29,619 bases of DNA, from positions 1 to 29,619 of the IMG/VR virus record IMGVR_UViG_3300025759_000468. The stretch is one strand, 5' to 3'. Source of the DNA: a virus. Lineage: Duplodnaviria; Caudoviricetes. Below, piece by piece: positions 23,455 to 29,619 of this stretch; the stretch's first letter is position 1, and the number at the start of each line of letters is the position of its first letter. Position numbers and translations under genes: made by a program. A model generated the notes under the pieces. The model did no database searches. It saw only the letters and a list, made by a program, of their open reading frames with translations, and was not told where the DNA came from.

Positions 23455-25770
23455 ATGAAAGTCTTAGGCGAAATTTCAAGATTAGTAGGGCTAGTTATAA
23501 GAACCCTTACTAACAATACGGTCACAATAAAGCCTGACAATGCTCAAGCTAATGACATTGAATTGAAGCTTCCTTTAAGGACAGCTAATGACCACCTAGT
23601 GTCTAGAGATTCAACAGACACACTCACAAATAAAACTATTGACAGTGCGAATAATACATTGACGGTTGATGCCGATATCGCTACTGTAACAAATATCGAT
23701 TCTGACAACATTAAAGATGGTGGAGTTGCTACCATTGATATTGCTGATGATGCTATCACTTTAGAAAAGATGGCAACTGATAGTGTTGGTACAGATGAAA
23801 TCATAGCAGACAGTGTTGGTACTTCAGAACTAGCACCTGATGCTGTGACTAATGCAGAACTTGCAGATGATGCAGTTCAAACAGAAAACATCGTAAATGA
23901 AAACGTAACAACTTCTAAGATCGCACCTGATGCTATCGATAACACTAAACTGGCTGATGATGCAGTACAGACAGAGAACATCCTTAATGATGCAGTAGTG
24001 ACTGACAAGATCCTAGATGCAGCAGTTACAGATGCTAAAATAGATTCAGTCAACTCAAACAAAGCTACATATGACAACGCAGCAAGTGGTCTAGTAGCTA
24101 CTGATGCTCAAGCAGCTATCGATGAAGTTGAAGGCAGACTTGATTCTGCTGAATCAGCTATTGGTGGAAATGATACTGACATTGCTGATCTTTATTCTAC
24201 TAAAGCAGATAAGACTACAACTGTAACTGGTACAGGTTCCCTAACAGGAGGTGGTGATCTTTCTGCTGATAGAACTATTGATGTTGCTGATGGTGGTATC
24301 GGTACTGATGAGTTAGCAGACAGTGCAGTAACTGATGCTAAAGTCAGTGATGTGGCAGCCTCCAAGATCACAGGATCATTTCCTGAACTTTATGTTGATA
24401 GAGGAACAGCAGCGATAGCAGCTAATAGTTTAGCCATTCCAGCTGATGCAACTTATATTACTGTTACTGGAACTGGACCTTTAAATGAAATCACAGGGTT
24501 GACAGAAGACAGACAGTACATGATAGAAAACAATACTGGCGCAGTCTTGGTAATTCCTAATAGTGCTACAGTTAATAACGGTACTGATGGTGACTTAGAA
24601 CTAGCTGTTGATGCAGTGCTAATGCTGTATTACGATGGAACACTTAGTAACGTAGTTGGCGGATCTGGCGGCGGTGGAGCTGGCGGCCTTGAATTAGTCT
24701 ATATCAACGACACAGCTAGTCCTGTGACAGCAGAGATAAGCAAACACTACTTGACGGATAGCACATCAGGAGCAATCACGATTAACCTTCCTGACGCAAG
24801 TGCGTTGAGTGCTACTAAGAAGAAGACTGCCAGCATACGTATAACTGATAGTTCAGAGACTTGGACAGATAACAATGTTACGTTAGTACCAAGTTCTGGA
24901 GAGAAGATTGACGGATTTGCTGTTGATGAAAGCTTTGTGCTTGATGTTAGTGGCTCTTGGTTAGAACTTAGCTGGGATGATGATTTAAGTCACTGGGCTT
25001 TAAACCTTAGCGGCGCTGGTGGCGGCGGAGGCGGTGGTCTCACAATTGAAGAATACGCTTATGGAAGCTTACCTGCGACTCTGGAACTTGATATTCATTA
25101 CTTGGTTGACTTTGGTGGAGGCTCTAGTTTGAATGCCTCTGCTACAATGCCCGCAATTGCAGACGCTGGGAGTATTAAGGTTACGCCTATTAATGATGCA
25201 GGTGGATGTACTGTGACTCTTACGAGGGGTAGTACGGATCAGTTCAATGATCCTGACCTAGGACTTGATACTGAGTATGTGTTAGACGTTGGTAGTTCTA
25301 CCTTTGTTGCTAACGTGAATGATAGTACTTGGGAAATTACTGATGCTTACTGGGCAACTGCTCAAGATGCAGGAGAGACCTTGTGGCAACAAAAAGTATT
25401 ACTGGCTGACAAGGTAAATCCGACAGGGGTGATATCTGAACTCAGCTTTGGTAATTTAACAATAGGTAAAACTTATAAGTATGAATTACAAGAAAGATGG
25501 ACGCAAGACGCTTCAGACGGATCGGTCAACTCTCTTATTAAGCACGACGGAACTACTATAAGTGTCAACTACCCAAACACCGCAGACGGACTAGGACGCA
25601 CTTATTTTAGATCTACTACTTTTGTGGCTACAGCAACCACGGTAACTTTAGAAATAGGAAGTGCTTCTGGAGGTACCACTTTACAAGGTAATGCAGCAGA
25701 CCATAGGACTTACGCTATTTTGTATGAACTTAATCAACATACAGAAGTCAGCACCTTTACTTATCCATAG
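23455..25770 (+). CDS. Large modular fibre/structural protein
   Basis: TDTLTNKT motif; tandem AV/IxxxKIAD repeats; TDAQAAIDEV; GSLTGGGDLSADRT; poly-Gly linkers; TINLP...ITDS...IDG domain. Confidence 0.8.
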   Translation: MKVLGEISRLVGLVIRTLTNNTVTIKPDNAQANDIELKLPLRTANDHLVSRDSTDTLTNKTIDSANNTLTVDADIATVTNIDSDNIKDGGVATIDIADDAITLEKMATDSVGTDEIIADSVGTSELAPDAVTNAELADDAVQTENIVNENVTTSKIAPDAIDNTKLADDAVQTENILNDAVVTDKILDAAVTDAKIDSVNSNKATYDNAASGLVATDAQAAIDEVEGRLDSAESAIGGNDTDIADLYSTKADKTTTVTGTGSLTGGGDLSADRTIDVADGGIGTDELADSAVTDAKVSDVAASKITGSFPELYVDRGTAAIAANSLAIPADATYITVTGTGPLNEITGLTEDRQYMIENNTGAVLVIPNSATVNNGTDGDLELAVDAVLMLYYDGTLSNVVGGSGGGGAGGLELVYINDTASPVTAEISKHYLTDSTSGAITINLPDASALSATKKKTASIRITDSSETWTDNNVTLVPSSGEKIDGFAVDESFVLDVSGSWLELSWDDDLSHWALNLSGAGGGGGGGLTIEEYAYGSLPATLELDIHYLVDFGGGSSLNASATMPAIADAGSIKVTPINDAGGCTVTLTRGSTDQFNDPDLGLDTEYVLDVGSSTFVANVNDSTWEITDAYWATAQDAGETLWQQKVLLADKVNPTGVISELSFGNLTIGKTYKYELQERWTQDASDGSVNSLIKHDGTTISVNYPNTADGLGRTYFRSTTFVATATTVTLEIGSASGGTTLQGNAADHRTYAILYELNQHTEVSTFTYP
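23690..24050 (+). repeat. Degenerate ~10-aa tandem repeats in the fibre gene
   Basis: For example LADDAVQTENI occurs twice, plus DSVGT, DAVT and DAID units. Confidence 0.75.
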
Positions 25771-25778
25771 GAAATATA

Positions 25779-26333
25779 ATGGCAAAGACTTGTAAAACAT
25801 GTGGCGTAGAAAAGCCTATAGAAGAATTCAGAAGATCTAATGACAGACCTTCTGGATACAAAGGTCCATGTAAAGCTTGCTTAAGAGAAAAACAAAAGGC
25901 TGAGATCAAAGCTAATCCTGAAAGATCAAGAACTAAATATAAAAAGTGGGCTAGTAAAAATAGAGAGTATTTAGCTGCTAAAGAAAGAAAGAGACTTGAA
26001 GATCCTTCTTATAGACTAAAGTCAAATATAAGTAGAAGGATTAGAGGATTTCTTAATGGAGTAGGTAAATCAAAAAGAACTCTAGATATTATAGGGTGTT
26101 CTTCAGAGGAACTTAGGAATCATCTAGAAGCTACTTTCGAAGCTAATTACGGAATGCCTAGAGAATGGCTAGGAAATATAGAGGTTCATATAGATCATAT
26201 AATACCTATATCAACCGCTAAAACAGAAGAAGAAGTGTATAAACTAAATCATTACTCAAATCTTCAACTTCTATTTAAGGAAGACAATCTAATGAAATCA
26301 AATAGACTAAATTGGGAGGTGGGTCATAGCTAA
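25779..26333 (+). CDS. HNH (His-Me finger) homing endonuclease-like protein 1
   Basis: N-terminal CKTC...CKAC; C-terminal HIDHIIP...HYSNLQLL...DNLMKSN. Confidence 0.9.
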   Translation: MAKTCKTCGVEKPIEEFRRSNDRPSGYKGPCKACLREKQKAEIKANPERSRTKYKKWASKNREYLAAKERKRLEDPSYRLKSNISRRIRGFLNGVGKSKRTLDIIGCSSEELRNHLEATFEANYGMPREWLGNIEVHIDHIIPISTAKTEEEVYKLNHYSNLQLLFKEDNLMKSNRLNWEVGHS

Positions 26334-27453
26334 GTTATCAGACAGACTTGGGAAGATTACGGTATCTTCGAATCCACAATCTGCAGAGCTTGCAGGAACT
26401 ATCAAACCTTTTGCTGGGGACGTTTCGAACTGGCCGGAAGTTAATGGTGTAAAACAATATAGGGGTTGGGGAGTATGTGAAGGTGATGTACTCAATCAAG
26501 CAGACTATCCAGATCTATATGCAAACATTCAAGGAACGTGGGATTCCTTCGCTCATCCCAGTGGACAGACAGGAACAGTAGGAGCTGGACAGTTCAGACT
26601 TCCAAAACTGGCTGGCCTCTATCTGGGTGCAGCTGGTGGCGATCTGACTCTTGGTCAATTCGCAGAAGACAAGACGGCGAAGAATGGTCTCGACATTCCC
26701 AGTAGTGGTAGTCACGAACACAGTTATATTAGAAACGTAGGAAGTGCACACGATTACATGGAAGCTGGTGGAGTTACCGCTGGAAGTACTTTCGGTTACA
26801 TAAGGAAAGATACAGCTCCGGGAAGTCTACGAACTTATGCTGATTCAGCAGGCTCGAGTCACACTCACACCATAACTGGTGACGACGAGACACGCCCTAA
26901 AACCGCACCTGTAGTCTACATCATCGCACTCTACAACAACAACGCCAACGTGATCTCCACGAAGAACCTCAACGTCTCAGGGGATGCAACTGTCTCAGGC
27001 GACGTGTCGGCGACTAACCTAACCCTAAGTGGAAACATAACTGGAGGGGAGGCAAGTGCGGTTCAGGCTGGTACTGTGAAGCTTCCTAAAACTCAGACTA
27101 AGGTTATGGTAGGTCAAAATGACACGACTCAAGTTTCTTTTAGTAACTTAATAGTAGGCAATCTTTATACTTATGATTATGCTTTCGGAATAGCCGCAGG
27201 CGGAGAAGGCGCTTTCGGTATCCAAATAGTAAATGGTACTGACGGATTAACCTATCATCCTATGAGTGTTAATACGCTCCATTCGGCTGGCTCGATTACT
27301 TTTATTGCTACAGCAACAACATTAGATGTTAACAAGGTGAGTTGGGGAGTAGCCACTATAAATCCTACAGACAGTTCAGGTTCTTACAGAAGGTCTTGGG
27401 CCACTTTGACCGACCACCAAGTTCAAATAACGGAAACTACAGACTTCACATAA
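26326..27453 (+). CDS. Tail-collar-domain fibre protein with a probable ATA start (375 aa)
   Basis: The frame of track ORF 26758..27453 is open back to 26311 and encodes a collar domain (GTIKPFAG...GWGVCEG...DYPDLYA.I...FRLPKLAG). ATA at 26326 lies 5 nt after GGAGGT. Confidence 0.8.
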   Translation: MAKLSDRLGKITVSSNPQSAELAGTIKPFAGDVSNWPEVNGVKQYRGWGVCEGDVLNQADYPDLYANIQGTWDSFAHPSGQTGTVGAGQFRLPKLAGLYLGAAGGDLTLGQFAEDKTAKNGLDIPSSGSHEHSYIRNVGSAHDYMEAGGVTAGSTFGYIRKDTAPGSLRTYADSAGSSHTHTITGDDETRPKTAPVVYIIALYNNNANVISTKNLNVSGDATVSGDVSATNLTLSGNITGGEASAVQAGTVKLPKTQTKVMVGQNDTTQVSFSNLIVGNLYTYDYAFGIAAGGEGAFGIQIVNGTDGLTYHPMSVNTLHSAGSITFIATATTLDVNKVSWGVATINPTDSSGSYRRSWATLTDHQVQITETTDFT

Positions 27454-27481
27454 CGATTAACCTTCCTATGAGGATAACAAT

Positions 27482-27514
27482 ATGACTCTCAAGCAGTCAC
27501 AAAACCTTGACTAA
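27482..27514 (+). pseudogene. Mini-ORF MTLKQSQNLD, possible relic 5' end of the downstream fibre gene
   Basis: GAGGA SD and ATG; ends inside the -35 box of the HNH promoter; LKQS resembles MRQS at 28325. Confidence 0.4.
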
Positions 27515-27535
27515 CCTTACTTAGTGTGGTATAAT
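27507..27535 (+). promoter_or_regulatory. Sigma-70 promoter for HNH gene 2
   Basis: TTGACT-N17-TATAAT with extended TG, followed by GGAGG. Confidence 0.85.
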
Positions 27536-27554
27536 GTAGTATTATGGAGGAATT

Positions 27555-28325
27555 ATGCCAAAGACTTTTACTACAGAATATGATGAGAATGGAAAAGTGT
27601 GTTGCACTTGTGGGGAATACAAGACTTGGGAGGGGTACTACAAGACAGCAGCTAAGGGTAGGAAAATCACCTATCGTTCGGATTGTAAGGCGTGCATATC
27701 AGCGAAGACGAAAGCCAGACGTAAGGTAGATGGCGAAAGAATGAGAGAAATCTCAAAGAGAAGTTGGCAAAAACATAAAGATAATCCTAAACACAAAGAA
27801 CGTGAGCGTAGGTATTATCAAGCTAACAAAGAAGCCTATAAACGACGGCACGAAGAGTACATGAAAGATCCTGAATTTGTAGCCAATAAGAAAGCTAAAG
27901 CAAGAGAATGGGAACTTAAAAACCGGGATCATAAGTTGCGGATGGAGTACGAACGTAGAAGGATTAGACGAAAGGAAGATCCGGTATATAAACTTAAATG
28001 TGATGTCAGGTGCAGACTGAACTATAGCCTAAAGAACAAAAGAATTCGTAAAACTAAATCAACCGTTGACTATCTTGGCTGTGATTGGGAAACTTTATGG
28101 AAACATTTAGGTGATACTTTTGAATCTAACTATGGAATGCCTAGAGAATGGCTCACGGGATTTAACTATGAAATAGACCATGTTGAACCAATGGCTAAGG
28201 CCGAAACAGCAGATGAAGTGATTAGAAGATCACATTATACTAATCTACAGATATTACTAACAGAAGATAACAGATCCAAGAAAGATCGTGAAGATTGGGA
28301 TCTACTAGAAGAAGGAATTATATAA
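27555..28325 (+). CDS. HNH (His-Me finger) homing endonuclease-like protein 2
   Basis: CCTC...CKAC; basic helical linker; EIDHVEP...HYTNLQIL..EDNRSK. Confidence 0.9.
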   Translation: MPKTFTTEYDENGKVCCTCGEYKTWEGYYKTAAKGRKITYRSDCKACISAKTKARRKVDGERMREISKRSWQKHKDNPKHKERERRYYQANKEAYKRRHEEYMKDPEFVANKKAKAREWELKNRDHKLRMEYERRRIRRKEDPVYKLKCDVRCRLNYSLKNKRIRKTKSTVDYLGCDWETLWKHLGDTFESNYGMPREWLTGFNYEIDHVEPMAKAETADEVIRRSHYTNLQILLTEDNRSKKDREDWDLLEEGII

Positions 28326-29386
28326 TGCGTCAAAGCTCGAAGACATCGACGTACAAAACTACCAAGCCAGTATCGCTCGATCCAATCACAACGATCAAGC
28401 AGATCACGGAGAACGCTTCAGCATGGCCAGTTATAAATGGTGTAAAGCAGAAAGATGGTGTGTGTTACTGTGATGGAAGTACCCTCGACAACTCAAGCGG
28501 TAAATACACTGACTTCCTAGCAGCTAATGGTTCATTAACTGTTCCTAATGGTCCTTTTAGAACTAACACTATAGATTTAAGCCTGTCAAATACACCAGCC
28601 GGTTGGGCTACTCGAATGGCTAAAGGTTACGCCTATTCAGATTCAGATGGCGACTGGTATTTTTATTTCTCTATTCATGGCACTGCAACGGCTTCGCTGA
28701 GTTTGCAGGTAAGTATTGATGGGATTGTATTAGATAACACTGGAAGCGGTACAAAATACCAAGCGTTTGCAATGAGATCAGGTTCTCAGGATGATTCTGA
28801 TGGTGGTCTTGCTCTTGGCACAAATGATTTTCTTGTTACCTCAACTTCATCTATGGTTGCATTCATAGGTTCAGGCACAGTGAAGCTTGCGTCAAAACCA
28901 ACATGGGCCGACGCTAACCTTGAATCGTACCCAGTCATCAACTTGCAAACACCGGTAGCAGCGGGAGCTCTTGGACTCCCCCCAGCGTCGGCAACTGAGG
29001 CGGGGACCGTGACTCCTGAAGATCAGACTTTTTCAGGTAAAAAGACTTTCACAGAAACAACAACAGGGAATATATTTGAATCATATTCTTCAAAAACAGT
29101 TCTAAGTAGTTCATCTCCTACTCTTGTTGCTAACGGAGTCGTAAATAATCTATCTGGTATGTATATGGTTACTATATCCAGAAGTGGTACAGGTGGCTCT
29201 TATTCAGCAATGAGTAACGCTTTTATAAATATAACATCAAGCTCTTCTGCTGTACTTTCTCATGTTAGACAAGATCCAGATTGTACTATTACAGCTTCAG
29301 GTGGAAGGGTTTTTGCACAGGCAAGTGCTCCATATAACGGTCAAACTTATAAAGCAACTTTTGTATGTTTAATGAGATTTGAATAA
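28325..29386 (+). CDS. Fibre protein with a divergent collar-like N-terminus
   Basis: WPVINGVKQ..G..YCDG matches the 26326 protein; DQTFSGKKTF fibre motif; TAATG coupling to the HNH stop. Confidence 0.78.
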   Translation: MRQSSKTSTYKTTKPVSLDPITTIKQITENASAWPVINGVKQKDGVCYCDGSTLDNSSGKYTDFLAANGSLTVPNGPFRTNTIDLSLSNTPAGWATRMAKGYAYSDSDGDWYFYFSIHGTATASLSLQVSIDGIVLDNTGSGTKYQAFAMRSGSQDDSDGGLALGTNDFLVTSTSSMVAFIGSGTVKLASKPTWADANLESYPVINLQTPVAAGALGLPPASATEAGTVTPEDQTFSGKKTFTETTTGNIFESYSSKTVLSSSSPTLVANGVVNNLSGMYMVTISRSGTGGSYSAMSNAFINITSSSSAVLSHVRQDPDCTITASGGRVFAQASAPYNGQTYKATFVCLMRFE

Positions 29387-29619
29387 TGAAATCAGACCTA
29401 TACAAACATCTAATTCAAGAACACAGAGATTCAGACGGATTCATCTATCACAAAGAATGTGATTCCCTTCTGTTCTCTAGTCTTCTTGGTTGTCTTCCTG
29501 ATTTTCATGTGAACATAGATGCAGCATTTGATGGTACTCTATGGCACAGAAGAAGTTTGCAACACCCTAAATGTTTTGTATGTGGCGAAGAAGGAAACGG
29601 ATCAGCTTCCTCTATATCT
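29386..29619 (+). CDS. Partial hypothetical protein (runs off the window)
   Basis: TAATG coupling; MKSDLYKHLIQEHRDSDGFIYHKECDSLLFSSLLG... open to the end. Confidence 0.75.
   Translation, partial: MKSDLYKHLIQEHRDSDGFIYHKECDSLLFSSLLGCLPDFHVNIDAAFDGTLWHRRSLQHPKCFVCGEEGNGSASSIS

Noticed and set aside
10539-27729. Minus-strand ORFs and alternative-frame plus ORFs (22687..22890, 27544..27729) in the right arm
   Set aside because: They overlap well-supported genes and lack SDs or recognisable motifs.
25771-28325. Group I introns or inteins housing the HNH genes
   Set aside because: Almost no non-coding sequence flanks the HNH ORFs for a ribozyme core, and they are separate ORFs with their own stops.

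Overview
Part of an AT-rich tailed dsDNA phage genome; no integrase, tRNA, rRNA or CRISPR array was seen. The left arm (1-8335, minus strand) is a dense run of small early-type genes, including a probable PD-(D/E)XK exonuclease, a DUF5664-type dATP/dGTP diphosphohydrolase, two lipoproteins, and DUF932 and GP88 proteins. The right arm (from 10270, plus strand) encodes packaging and virion genes: probable TerS, a cadherin/LamG adhesin, a permuted NlpC/P60 enzyme, lysis-type membrane proteins, TerL, portal, scaffold, major capsid and fibre proteins, with two related HNH endonucleases among the fibres. The most striking part is the ~2 kb divergent control region (8340-10250). On its minus strand, three tandem sigma-28 (FliA)-type promoters read into a ~360-nt stem-rich non-coding RNA followed by two pseudoknotted hammerhead ribozymes; the last ribozyme pairs with the Shine-Dalgarno of the first early ORF. 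The region also has a sigma-54-type site, IHF-like sites, a consensus sigma-70 promoter and tiny hydrophobic ORFs. All calls come from reading the sequence by eye; no database searches were run.
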